Source of the DNA: the human T2T-CHM13v2.0 reference genome, Homo sapiens
Reading direction: 5' to 3' (one strand)
DNA length: 64,000 nt
Assembly: GCF_009914755.1 (NCBI RefSeq)
Contig: NC_060925.1
Shown here: positions 13,070 to 27,990 of the stretch, piece after piece
Position numbering within the stretch: position 1 is the stretch's first letter
Layout: each line of letters begins with the position of its first letter
Translations under genes and position numbers: made by a program
Notes under the pieces: model-generated
Seen by the model: the letters and a program-made list of their open reading frames with translations, nothing else
What the model was told of the DNA's origin: nothing
Databases searched by the model: none

Positions 13070-14080
13070 CTCCACCAAAATAAATTCCAGCTGGATCAAT
13101 GATTTAAACATAAAAAAATGATAAAAGTTCCAAAAGAATTTATAATCTGTGGTGAGAAAGGCTGCTTTAAATAAGAACAAAATCCGGAAGCCAAAAAGAA
13201 ACAAAATTAACATGTTCAACCATATAAACATTTCAAAACGCTGTATGGGAAAAAAAAGTCATAAACAGTCAAAAGATTAATAGCAAACTGGAAAAATGTG
13301 TTTGCAGAACAAATGGTAAAAAGTTAAACTTCCTCAATTATCAAAGAGCTTTTACAAGTCAGTATGAAAAAGATGACCAAACCAGGAGGAAAACAGTCAA
13401 AGGTTATTAATGTTTTTAGAAAAAGGAACACAAGTGGTCAGAAAACAAATGACAAATTAGTCTCTCCGAATTAAATAAATACAAATAAACAACAATTAAT
13501 AAATAAGACTCTTTTCACCTCTTTCGCAAATATAGATGTTTAATGACACGTAATGCGACAAACCTAAAGGGAAAATGAACACTTTCCTAAGTCATTGGTG
13601 GAAATGTGCATTGGTGTGTTCTTTCTGGAGGATAATTTGACAATATCTTTCAGAATTTAAAATGCACATCTCCTTTCACTGGTAATCCCTCTGGCAGAAA
13701 TTTACACAATAGATATAGTTGCAAATGTTTAGCAAAATATATGTACAAGAATATTTATTGCTACATTGTTTTGCCACAGCAAAAGACTGGAAACACCCAG
13801 TATTCATAAGTGGGGGCAAGTTAACTAAATAACAGTAAACCTGTATGATGGAATAAGGATGCCTCTGTGAAAAGACTGAGGTAGTTCTGTGACCTCAAGA
13901 GTCAAAAGAACAAGTTGCAGTACCACATGTAACATTTTTATAAGAACAGACAGATACATATATGGTGTGAACATATGCATTAAAAGAGTTTTTAGAATAA
14001 ATTACAAAATTAGTTATCTGTGGTATGGAGACTGGTATGAAGACAAGGAAAAAACCTTTTACTTTCATTTTGTATCTTTG
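13070..14080 (+). mobile_element. Ancient L1 (L1ME-like) remnant
   Basis: A-rich degenerate ORF2/3' motifs such as ttggtggaaatgtgcattggt and aaaagactggaaacaccca. Confidence 0.6.
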
Positions 14081-14103
14081 GCTCATCAAATTTTTCATCT
14101 TAA

Positions 14104-14330
14104 AGGGAGCCAAGCTATGAGGATGCAAAGGCATAAGAATGATACAATGGATTTTGGGGACTTGGGAATGGGAAGTGGGGGAGGTGGGTGACGGATAAAA
14201 GATCATACATTGGGTACAGTGTATACTGTCAGGGTGATGGGTGCAGCAAAATCTCAGAAAACCCCACTAAAGAACTTATTTATGTAACCAAACACCACCT
14301 GCTCCCCAAAAACCTATTGAAATAAAAATT
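14104..14330 (+). mobile_element. L1PB-type 3' end fragment
   Basis: gctatgaggatgcaaaggcataagaatgatacaatgga...ccactaaagaacttat...aacctattgaaataaaa. Confidence 0.8.
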
Positions 14331-15139
14331 TCTTTTTTTCATCTGATACATGTTTCATGTATGACATTTAAAAGAACTATTAGCAGGGGTTTCCTTTACT
14401 TCCCTCAACTGCAATGCCCAAAGATATATTTTACATTCAGTTTTTTCTATATGTATATAAGAAAGATGCAAATATGTATCTTTGAATATGCATAATTATC
14501 ATCTCTGTTGTTAAAAAATGGGGATTATATATAGTTCTGAAATTTGCTTTTCCAAATTTTTATATTATTCACATCTTTCCATTTAAGGACATACTGCATA
14601 AAATTTTACAGTAAGAATATGCTGTAACTTATTTACCCATTCTTATATTATAATGTTATTTCTATTTTTTTGGCCTTTACAATTAATTCTGCAATGACCA
14701 TAATTTTACATAATTAATTTTTGTATGCATGTATTTTTGTAGGACTGATTCCCTAAAGTGGAATTCTAAGTAAAAGCAGAGACGACTGAGGCACAGGAGG
14801 TCACAAGAAACCTCCTGCATGCAGGTCATTTAAAATATCTGCTATTATCATGTCTCTTAACCTTCCATTGGACAACACGAGTCATGGAGGTGGTGAATTA
14901 CACTCTGCCCACAATGTAGCAACGGCAAGGACAGAGACAGAAGGAAGATTTAGGGATATATAATAGAGTTTGCCACATTGCCAGGATGTGTGTATTTTTG
15001 GTTTTGTCTTTTTCTTTAATGACATAAATTTCTTGAGCAGCTGCTGCCAGTGTCCCACTTATATCCCCCTCACATTCACCTCTATAAGCCAATGCTGTCA
15101 TCATGAATATCCAAAAGTTCTGCCTGAGGACTTTTCTTC

Positions 15140-15470
15140 AGCCCGGCAAAAAAGGATAAGCCAGAAGTTCTGGAGAGTCATGCCCTCAGAAGCAGTTCTC
15201 AACTGAAGATGGGCAAGGAGTTGAGGAATAACTAGTCCAGATTCCTCACCTCTCAACTCAGGTGAAGGAGACATTCCTATATAGCCTCCCACATTCACCC
15301 ATCTGGATTGAGCTCCAGTTGCAGGAAATGATAACTGCCTTAACGATGTATTCTTTATTGACGTCCTTCCTTTCCCTGTCTCACTTTCCCAATAAACTCT
15401 CTACAATAAACTACTTTCCTCAAATCCTTATTTCAGGGTATGCCTTTTGGGGAACACGAACCAAGACTGT
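15140..15470 (+). mobile_element. ERVL-class LTR (LTR16-like) fragment
   Basis: Ends aataaactacttt...tcagggtatgccttttggggaacacgaaccaagac. Confidence 0.5.
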
Positions 15471-15802
15471 CTTACTCCAAATATTCATAAATTAATCCCT
15501 TGTGTGTTAAGAGTTTGGTGTAAAGATATGTAGAACATATCTATGGATTCTAATTTAGTATATCAATATTAAAGTACAAAATCAAGAGCTTTTTTAAAAA
15601 TCCTAGATAATTCTTATATATTAGACCTATTTTTTGATATGACATTAAATTCAGAGTCTTTACCTCACAATGACTGTTACTTCTTATTTTCCCACTAAAT
15701 TCTAACAAGTGAACTCTGAGAAATGCTCAGAAAAAGTGAATCAAATATAAGATGATTCTTCTTCAAAGAAAAATATAAAATTCACTCTACCTTCCTGCCT
15801 AG

Positions 15803-16189
<387 letters not shown>

Positions 16190-16401
16190 TATTATTTTTG
16201 ACTAGAAGCATGCTTAACAATTTAATCTCTTATCACAGGGTCTCTGTGACACTCAGAGTCTAGCTAATAAAGGGAAACTATTACTATTCCTAGGGCAAAA
16301 GGGACAAAGAGAAGAGTGTTACTCATGAGAATTGAATTATGGAAGATATATCACTCCTCTAGATGTCTCTGCTTTCATCAGAGAGATGACATCAGGACAG
16401 A

Positions 16402-16896
16402 TGTAGTGGATTAAATTGTGGCCCCCAAAAGATATGTCCAAGTCCTTACCCTTGGTACCTGTAAATTTCACCTTATTTGGAAATAGGGTCTTTGCAATTG
16501 TATTTAAGGATTTCAAGATGAGATCATCCTGGATTTTGGATGGGCTTAACGGGTCCTCCTGCATTTAGGGTGGACACCAACTACTTGTGTCCTTATAAGA
16601 GAAAGGAGGAGATTTGAGACACAGAAAGATACAAGGTGAAAAGTCATGTGAACATAAAGGCAGAGATTGGAGTAATGTGTCTACAAACCACGGAATGCCA
16701 AGGATTGCCAGCAGCCATGAGAAGCTAGGGAAGAGGTGTGCGAGGGATGTTCTCTAAGAGCCTTCAAGAGGAGCTAGCCCTGTTGGCACCTTGATTTTGG
16801 ACTTCTGGTCTCCAAAACTGTGAGAGAATAAATTTCAGTTACTTTAAGCTACCCAGTTCACGGCAATTTGTTATGACAGTCCCAGGAAACTAGTAT
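16402..16896 (+). mobile_element. MaLR LTR (MLT1C/D-like)
   Basis: tgtagtggattaaattgtggcccccaaaagatatgtcc ... gagagaataaatttc ... ttgttatgacagtcccaggaaacta. Confidence 0.85.
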
Positions 16897-17959
16897 GGCA
16901 GGGAAGGAATGGAGAAGAAATACCCTGGCCTCTCTCTCCTCCTGCCCACTGATCTCCTTCCAGTACTTTCCACTGGCCAAACTGAAATGGCAAGGAAGCA
17001 CAAAAGAGGCAGTCTGCAGAGCACAGCATGCAGTAGATCTAGAGAGGAGCAACTGAAAATCCCAGCACCATAATGAAATAAAAATTACTGTAAACAATAA
17101 CTATTTTAAACAAGGTAATAAATGAAAGCATACAAGAGACAGCTGCTGAATTGCTTCACCTAGACAACCAAGGCTAAAAATAATTCATTTGCTGTGGGGC
17201 TTTGTTAAATCACAAAAGTAAAAGAGAGCATTAAGATCATCCAACCCAAGTGCTTTCTCATTCCGTTCATCAAGAACAGGCTTGCAGAGATTGGTGACTT
17301 GTGCACCTTCAGTCAGTAGGTAAGGGAAGGAGTTGGGCCTGAAACAAGATCCGCCCAAATCTCCATCAGTTTCCCCATGGCTGATATGTTATTTTCCTCA
17401 TCTACAGAGATTTCTGTCCACCAAGAACTCCATCATAGTGTTTTTACATTCTCCATTTTTATGCTGTTTACAGAAACAGAAACTGTCCTTTTCAGATGGG
17501 GTCTCAAGCGCAGCCCAACATACCACAGGAAGAAATTGCCCCATCTTCCCTGGAGAAAATGCCACTTGTAGCATCAGGCACCACTGATTTCCTGCAGAAC
17601 TGTACTATGAAGTGTCCAGAGGTATGGCTGGAGTCAGCATGCTTTAGGACAGCTAGCTAGCTGTCCACACCCTGATTCGCTGATTGAGCACATGTGCATT
17701 AATAGGTGCCAGGCCTTGCACCAGACAATGAAGGTGCAGCACCAAAACCGAACACAGTCCTTGCCCTCAAGGGGCTCACAGTCTAGCAGAGAAGATGAAT
17801 GGCAAATGTGTGAATTGGGGGGTGGCAGGTGCAGGGAGTACCTACCTCACCCATCTTGGGATTCAGGGAGGCTTCTGAGCCATGGAGAATGTAGGAAACT
17901 ACTTTTTCCTCAAGCACCACAGAAGCTCATGAACAGATATTTTCCTCATTCAATGGCAT

Positions 17960-18720
17960 TGATTTTTTTAATACAATTTATTTCTAGAACAATTTGGGGT
18001 TCACAGCAAAATTGAGCAGAAAGTATAGATTTCACATGTATCCCCTTCCCCCTACATACACATAAGCTCCCTCACTATCAACATCCCCTGTTAGAGTGAT
18101 TCATTGTTACAGTGAACCAACACTGATGTATCATTATCCCCCAAAGTTCATAGTTTACATTAGGCTTCCCTCTTGATGTATGTTCTATGAGTTTTGACAA
18201 ATGTATAATGACATGTATTCACCATTAAAGTTTAATACAGAATACTTTCACTGTCCTAAACATCCTCTGTGTTCCACCTATCACCCCTTCCTCCCCACTA
18301 ACCCCTGGCAACCACTGATCTTTTTCCTGTCTCCATAGTTTTGCCTTTTCCGGAATGTCATATAGTTGGGAACCTACAGTATATAGCCCTTTTCAGATTG
18401 GCTTCTTTCACTTAGTAATATGCATTTAAATTCCCTCCACATCTTTTCATGACTTGATAACTAATTTGTTTTTAGCATTGAGTAATATTCCATTGTCTGG
18501 ATATCCCACAATTTATCCATTTACCTACTGAAGGGTATCTTTGTTACTTGCAAATTTTGGCAATAAAGCTTCTATAAACATTTGGGTGCAGATTTTTGTG
18601 TGGACACGTTTTCAACTCATTTGAGTAAATGCCAAAGAATGTGATTGCTAGATCATATGGTAAGAGTATGCTTAATCTTGTAGGAAACTGCCAAACTGAC
18701 TTCCAAAGTAGCTGTACTAT
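17960..18720 (-). mobile_element. L1M-type 3' fragment
   Basis: ggttcacagcaaaattgagcagaaagt, ggcaaccactgatc, gattggcttctttcacttag motifs. Confidence 0.75.
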
Positions 18721-19445
18721 GGTTTCTTTCTGAAACGACTTAATCTTGTACCCAGCAGTACCTGCGTATACACGAGGTATGCTTTCAGCAACTCCAACAA
18801 AAAACCTCCCTGCTGGCCAGGTTCTTCCTTCTAATTGTAAGATGTCTCTCCCTCCGTCCTTTATATTTTGTCTTCTTAGTCTAAATCAGAACGTAAACCC
18901 CTATACAATTGGTAACAGTTTTTATTGTCATTGATTATGTATACCTTGAATAGGAATAAACATTCTAGGAATGTTTTAATAAAGCAAAATGCAGTGAAGG
19001 TTAAGGGAAAGAAGAAGCAGCGTACACAGTTGATTCATGAACTTCCTGTCCCAGGAGTATTTGCTATATGCACGGGGAGAGATTTGTCCTGTTTAATCTA
19101 ATAAGTGGGGAAGGAGCTAACAGCCACCAGGCATTGAACTAGAACTGGGGATACAAAGGTGAGAAACTGTGTCCTTGAGAAGCTCGCCACTCAGGCATGT
19201 ACAAACACAATTTCAATATCATATGATAAGTACTATAATTGCAAAAACCATTTTTCCTTTATTTTCAATAGTCTGCCTAGTTGTCAATAGAGGTGTCACA
19301 TCATGTGTTGCAATCTTTGATGCAGAAAATATACTTTACTCCAAAAGAGGTATTAAAGCACCACAGAAGTGCAGAGGCTTAGAGGAACCTCAGTCTGGAA
19401 TGCCTGAGATATCTTCACTGAGGAGGCAAAATCAGGCCTTAATGC

Positions 19446-19974
19446 TGTAGGGGATGAAAGAATATCTTTTCTTCCCATCTTAAGTTTATGGCCGAGGCCC
19501 CTATAATGAAAGACAGGTTTACAAGAGAAAAGCATATACATTTATTTAATATATTTATGAACATGGGAGGCTTTGGAAATGAAGACCCAAAGAAACAAGT
19601 AGACTTGTATATTATTATGTTTAGGTTTGATGAATCATGGACAGTCATAGAGAAATACAAAGGGAGGACAAAATTGTATAATCTAATGCCGATAAACTGC
19701 AGGGAACTTAGCAAGCCCCGTTTGTTCAGATTCTTCTCTGTGTTCTCATGTCTTCATAGATAAGCATACTCCATTCTTCTCGATGTTCCTATGTCTTCAG
19801 AGATAAGAATGTTCCTTTGTCTTCAGAGATAAGGAAGGGCACCTCTCAAATGAGGGTCTTATGTCCTGCTTCAGGGCAGACAAGTGATGGGGAGGTGAGG
19901 GTAGCTTCTGCTTCTGCTGTTTTCTGAAATGCCAAGGTACCATATTTTAAAGTAGCACGTCCTGAACTCCATCA
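19446..19974 (-). mobile_element. Solo ERV1-class LTR (MER31/MER67-like; subfamily uncertain)
   Basis: TG...CA termini with 4-bp TSD ATGC (19442-19445 and 19975-19978); minus-strand AATAAA at 19541-19546. Confidence 0.7.
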
Positions 19975-20399
19975 ATGCTCAACAATATATGTCACTTTTT
20001 CTGGCTCTGTTACTGAGAGAAGGAACTTTTAAGGCAGACAAGTCAGCATGGACAAAGGTGTAGAAGTGAGAAATAGAATGGTCTATTTGGAGGAAGAGCA
20101 GATGGTTTGGTGTGGCCAGAGAAGGTGCTGGTGCTGCTGCTGTTGGCAGGAGGTATGGGATGGCAGGAGATGGGATACAGGTGGACAGGAGTCAGCATGT
20201 GAAGGAGTTGGATGCCACAAGCTGGAAGTTTTCTTTGTACTGTAGGCTTGTGCTATTGAACAAGACAGTCAGTGGCTCTCAAGTAGGTAAAATGTGGCTT
20301 CTACAACTAAGCGGAAGAATTTTAATTTTTTTTAATTCTGTTCATGTAAAGTCAAAAATGGAAACAGATATATATATATATATATATATCTCATGTTGA

Positions 20400-20799
<400 letters not shown>

Positions 20800-21125
20800 T
20801 GAAATTACATATGCAGCTTACATTATGTTTCTATTGCACATTGCTGCTATACGCAATTGGGAACCATTGAGAGTTTTTGTGCAGGACAAGAATATGATCA
20901 TGTTGGGGCTTTAGAATAGCAACTCTGATAGCAGAGTAAAGGATGACTTGGTGGGAAAATACAACTAGCAGTAAGGTGACCAGTTAAGAGGCTATTGCTA
21001 TAGTCCACATTAGAGCTAATATAGACCTACACAGTGTCAGTAGAGATGGAACAGAGGAGCTGTATTTAAAAGATATTTAGGAGGGGAAGTTGGCGTGGCT
21101 TGGTAATGGGTTGGCTGTGGGTGTG

Positions 21126-21888
21126 TGTTGTATATTAAATAATTTTGCTGGTCTTTATCTCTGGTTCCGGGGAGGTAAACTCTAAACTTTGGGATTTCCT
21201 GAGTGACAGGAGTGTCTTTGTTACTTATGCTGGGCTTCCTGGACCACCCCTAATTTATGCTAATGAGGTGATTCATGGTGTGCCCCTAGATGATTTCAGG
21301 ATGGGGGCTGGCCATGCCAGTAAGATTAACTATGTGATTAAAAGTTTGGAGTTTTGAGCCAAGTGAAACCGACTGGACCTCCCAACCTTAGGGAGGGGAG
21401 GAGTGGGGACTTGGAGATTGAGTTCAATCACATGGACAATAGTTCAATCAATCATGCCTACTTAATGACACTCCAATAAAAACTCTGGACAACAGTGCTC
21501 AGGTGAGCCTCCTCGTTGGTAATATACATCAATGTCCTGGAAGAGTGACACATTCTGAGGACAGAGAAACTTCACATTTGGGACCTCCCCAGGCTTTGTT
21601 CTATGCATCTTTCTTTTGGCTAGCCCTGATTTGTACCTTGATAATAAAATTGTAATTGGAAGCATAATGTTTCCCTGAGTTCCATAAGTTGTTCTAATAA
21701 ATTATTAAACCTGAAGTAATCATGGGAAACTCCAAAATTTGTAGCCAGTTGGTCAAAAGTGCAGGTGGCCTGGGAACCCTTGAGCTTGCAGCTGGCATCT
21801 GAGGTAAGGGCAGTCTTGTGATGGAATGTGCCCTTAACCTGTGACATTTGAACTCATTCTGGGTAGCTAGCATCAGGGTTGCACTGCA
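21126..21888 (+). mobile_element. MER21-type LTR
   Basis: tttatgctaatgaggtga, ggatgggggctggccatgccag, caatcaatcatgcctac, tttgtagccagttggtcaaaagtg motifs. Confidence 0.75.
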
Positions 21889-22602
21889 CAATGAAAGAAA
21901 ACAAGTTGACAATGACTCCACAGTTTCTAGATTAAACAGTGTAAGACACCCATAGGAAATGAAGTCTAGTTGGGGCACGAATTTGGTATCATGCCTGTTG
22001 TTTTTGAGGAGTCTATGGTCTTCAGGGTTGAGATGTCTAGGAAGCAGTGCAGGTGGAATTCAGGAGAGAGTCCAGGCTGGAGACAAAGACTTAGAAGTGT
22101 TCCACATACAGGATGTTGAAATAGAAATATTTCTGCCTCAGGGTTCTCTAAAGCCCCTTGATCCCCACATCCACTTTCCTCGGACTCTGCAGATCATTCT
22201 GTGTCTTTGTCTTTTCTACCAAAACTCCACCCCAAAGCTATTCTTTTCTCTTTGTGGTCTTCCCACCCTGGCCCAAAGTAGCTCCCAGAACTCTTCCAGC
22301 CTGTGTCCAGCCAAAGGTCCAGAATGGCTGGATAACCAGGTGGCTCAAAGCACACCCTCCCTACCTGGTGTGTAATGTAGCTTCTGCTCTCACCAGTGTT
22401 TCATCTGACAATCTTTCCACCTCTTCTGGATAAGGAGGGCACACTCTGAAGCTTTGCATATTATTTCTCTTATCACTTGTACATGATATGACATGATGAG
22501 ATCATTTACTTTTCTTAATGCCAAAGACATTCATTTTTTTTCCTAACAAATATTTGGGTCCCTAGTATGTACTTAGTGTTAAGGAAACAAAGACAAAAAG
22601 GA

Positions 22603-22890
<288 letters not shown>

Positions 22891-22934
22891 GCCAATAATT
22901 ATGATAATAATAAAAAGATGAAAAAGACATGATT

Positions 22935-23327
<393 letters not shown>

Positions 23328-23932
23328 TTATGTGATTGTGTAAGCTGTAATTGAGTGTAATCTATTTCACTTTACAAGCTGACAGGAGTTAGCAGATTTA
23401 AGATGAGCCATGGGCCTTTTTGCTGTCCTCTCAAGAACTTGTTCATAGAAAAAGCTGGATTTCAGAAAATCAAATATTTCTTCATGTTTTATGGCTCAGT
23501 TGATACCAAACATTCAAGCATTTAGATCTGCTTTTAAAATCATTTCAAAATATGTATATATTAGCTTTTTTCAATACAACCCTTCTTCTCCTTGCTCTGG
23601 TACTTATGTGAATATCTACAAGAGGGCTAGGGGAAGATGAAGAATTATTTTGGGACAAGCTCCATGAGAGCAGAATGCAAACAGATCTGTAAGAGTTCCA
23701 AAGATGGCTACATAGGTCAAAGGACAATGCAAGGATTGGCTCTACTCCCTTGATACTTTGAGTCATTTAAAATCCAGCACAGTTGATGTCATCTGGGAGG
23801 CTGCTAGAAATGCAGAATCTCAGGCCCCACCTAAATTGTGCTGAATCCTAATTTGTACTTTCAACAAGACACCCAGGTCATTCAAATGTCAGTATATATC
23901 TCTCTCCAAAGTTCCACACTCAGGTCAGCCTC

Positions 23933-24115
23933 CCAGCCTCTCTTCTCTCTATTGCTACCCTTTCATGACCCCCATGGCAGCCTCCTTCTCTCTATTGCTA
24001 TCCTTTCATGCCCTCCACAGCAGGCTCCTTCTCTCTATTGCTACCCTTTCATGCTCCCCCCACCCCCATGGCAGCCTCCTTCTCTCTATTGCCATCTTTC
24101 ATGCCCTCCACCCCA
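23933..24115. repeat. Degenerate tandem repeat, about 45-50 bp x4
   Basis: cttctctctattgctaccctttcatg core recurs four times. Confidence 0.8.
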
Positions 24116-25589
24116 GGCCTGTCTCACCCATCGCCCTCTTCAAAAACCCTGAGTTGTTCATGTCTGTCCCTTTTCCATTTCCCACTATTCTTTTGCTCTC
24201 TGATGTCTTTTCTCACAAGCATCCTACCCCCACAAATAAAACATTTCATCTCATTGCACACACTTTGAGATTGCCATAGATAACAAATGCAACAGATATT
24301 GAAAAGGTAAAATCAACAGGACTCAGTAATTGCTTGGATAATTACAATATTCTCTAATATTAATTTCTTTCTATGAAGCAGATAGGGTTGTTATCCATAT
24401 TCAAAGATGGGTAAACCACAGCTCAGAAAGGCTACATAACTTGTTTAATTCACAGACCTGGAAAGTGGCAAAGACGGGATTTGAATTCAGGAGGTCTGAC
24501 TCTGGGACTTGGACATTTGACTCCTGTACTGGTGTGAGAAAGTAAGAGAAGTCTGTGATGATTCCTAGGACTTATATTAATTACCTGCAGTTGATGAGGC
24601 CACCAACAGAAGTAGAAAAAATAGATGAAAGTGTAGAGCTTTTGTTTTGTGGGGTGGTATGGGTAGTTCTAAGTTACCGTTACTTTTATATTAAAACTCC
24701 AGTTTATTTCTAAGGTTAAATGAAAAATTGCTTGCTTTGGATTTTCCCACCTTCTCCATTCGACTTTTGTAACAATTTACTCTGATGTTTAAAATCCCTA
24801 GACCAAGCTCTTCCTGAAGGAATACAAGATGACAGGTGGAGCACACCAAAAGCACATTCAAAAGCAGAAGCAAAGCCCCAATAGCTTTATAGCTTTGCCT
24901 GGTCTCTTTGGTCACCTTCCATTTTTAGCAATCAGAGTTGGTGGCCTGGAAGTATAGTCTGTGGCTACAAGGGGCTCACACTCTGTATATCTAACACAAA
25001 CTAATTGAGCATGCCTCAAATGCTCCACATTCCCCGAGTTTCTCAGGTTCTTGGCAGCAACACCAACGATTGAAAATAAACTCTGCTCCCTTCCTCTTGG
25101 GGGAGAACAGATGGCCGGATCCCCATCAACCTTACAATCACTAGGTCCCTCGGGGTTATTACAAACATTAACTAAGAACTTCTCCTACAGCTCATCTCCA
25201 TGGCCAACTATGAACAGCTTTTGAACAAGTTCCTTATTCATAGAATGACAAGCAAGAAAGCCCCCCAACCAGAGAATCTGTCTGCCTGGAGAGCAGGTGA
25301 GGCTTTGACACCAAGACATTATTCTTGCTGGTCCTCTCCTCTTCCCTCCCTCATCCTGAACCAAGGCTCCTTTTGCCCTCAATGGCACTGTCCCAATTTG
25401 TTTTTTTTATATTCAAGGGCTGATTTCTCAAATGTTATAGACGTGACTTCCAAAAGGGAGACAGTTTTAGAATCTTCTGTGATCATTCTCTCACAGGCCA
25501 AAAGACTGGATTTCTAAAACACAAAAACCAGGGCCAGCAGGGTTTTATTTTTCTGCCTTCTTCCCTAGTTCCCCCACAAGGCTGCTTAG

Positions 25590-25997
<408 letters not shown>

Positions 25998-26215
25998 TGA
26001 CAGATGCAAAAGTCTCTCTTTTTCTGTGAGATCCTGGACCTCCTCTGTCTGCCAAGGCTGCACATGTCTCTCTCCCCACTTTACAGATTAGGAAGAAGAA
26101 ATAAAAAGCTAAAGTGCATAACATAAACTCTGAATCAACCCTTCTTCCTGTCCTTCCCAACAGAACCTGAATTTGCCTGGGTGTCATATACTGCCCTCTA
26201 TGCAACAGCTATGAC

Positions 26216-26312
26216 TCAGAGAGCAGTAACTCCAGGCCTATTCCTTATTCATCTAAGCCAATCAGAGGGCAGTAACTCCAAGCCTATTCCTTATTCATCT
26301 AAGCCAATCAGA
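26216..26312. repeat. 46-bp tandem duplication
   Basis: tcagag(a/g)gcagtaactcca(g/a)gcctattccttattcatctaagccaa twice (26216 and 26262). Confidence 0.9.
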
Positions 26313-26649
26313 ACATGACAAGCTAAGTCAGAAAGTTCAGGCTACAAAGACTTGTATTATATAATTAGAGAAATGACTTCTCTCTTCCTTGTTGGAGGTG
26401 AGTGAGGAAACACATTGTCTCAGTCACCGACCACAAGAGGAACCAGCATTAGAATGAAGCTTAAACTTGAATGGCAAAGAGTAGAGTTAAAAAGATATTG
26501 GCAACATATTTAAACTTTTGGAACAACCAATTATTGTAGCCCATTCTACATTTTGTAGGCTAATAAATGTCCTTATTGTTTTTGCCAGTTTATGTCAAGT
26601 TTTCTGAGTTTTGTTTGTTTTGCAGTCAAAGCATCCTATCCTACCCTGC

Positions 26650-27990
26650 ACTTCAGTTTTGTCCACCTCAAGAAATTCCACTGCTGTTTCATTAGTTATT
26701 CAAGTCAAAGACCTAGGAATCATTTTTTTTTCCTTTTCCTTCACTGTCTCCAAAATTGAATAAATCAACAAGCCTATTTTCTCTACCTCCAAAATACATT
26801 CATAATCTATCCTGTATATCCTTCTCCACTGCCATCGTCTTATTCCATTGTCCCCCACACAAAATCTGCATTCGCCCTCCAACTGTTCTCACTTCTTCCA
26901 CTCTCGTCTTCCTGTAATCTGTTCTCCATACAGAAGTCAGAATGGTCTTTTTCAAACATAGGCCACATCATTCATCTGTTTGAAACTTTCTAATGGTTTC
27001 CAACTTAGAAAAAAGTCCACATTTCTCATTGATTTAATTACAGTAAAGACTATATCACTATAATAAAGACCTCAAAATGCAGTGGCTTAAATAAGAGAGA
27101 AGTGTATTTCTCTTTCACTTAGTCCAGCCAGGCAGGCCAGTTCTCCATGAGGTCATTTGGGAGCCAGGTTCCTCCCATCTTGTTGCTCCACCATGCCTAA
27201 GGCTAGTACATTGTCCTTATTTGCATGGTTGGTCACTCAAGGGAAGGAAGTTAAAGGCAAGTAATTTCCCTTCAGTCAAGTAAGGTGGGTGTTGCACGTA
27301 TCTCTTCTGTTCACATTGCTCTGGTGATAACTCTAGTCACATGGCCACAACTCACAATAAGGAAGGCTGGGAAATTTAGTCTCTGGTTAGCTATCCAGAT
27401 AAGAACCTTTTTCTAAGGACAAAAAAGAGAAGAGATTTGGGGAGGGTGCCTAGCACTCTGGCATCTTTATAATGGCCTTCTCAGCCTAAATGATCTAGGT
27501 GATGTTGGGGGCCCCTGCAGCCTCTTCAACATCAGCTCCTATGTCCTTCCTTGTTCACTAATTTTGAACCATGATGGCTTCCCTTCTGTTCCTCAAACAT
27601 TCTGAAATCATGCCTACCTCAAGCACTGTTCACTTGTTCTCCCTTTCCTTGGAACTCTGCCCGATGGTCCTCTCAATCTCAGTTTCTTCTTATCCTTCAA
27701 GTAACAGTTTGAAAATGTCCCATCCTTTGAGAGGCCTTCTCTGACCACCCTTCTAATATTTTCCTCCTCTTAACAGTCAATGTCCATGATCCTGAGTTAT
27801 TTTCAACACTGATCCTTTTATGAAATCATTTGAGTATTTGTGTATTGGCTGTCTCCCTCGCTGGAATTTGAACTCCATAAGGGTAGGGGGCCTTATTTGT
27901 CTTAATCTTATTCACTGCTGTAAGCTCAGTGCCAAACCATTGTATAGACATAATTAGTGCCCAACAAATACTTTTTAAAATAACTTGAAT
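26650..27990. mobile_element. L2 fragments interrupted by an old MaLR LTR fragment (about 27030-27450)
   Basis: L2 motifs (gaggccttctctgaccaccc, ttattcactgctgta); MLT1-like gcagtggcttaaataag and cacatggccac motifs. Confidence 0.55.
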
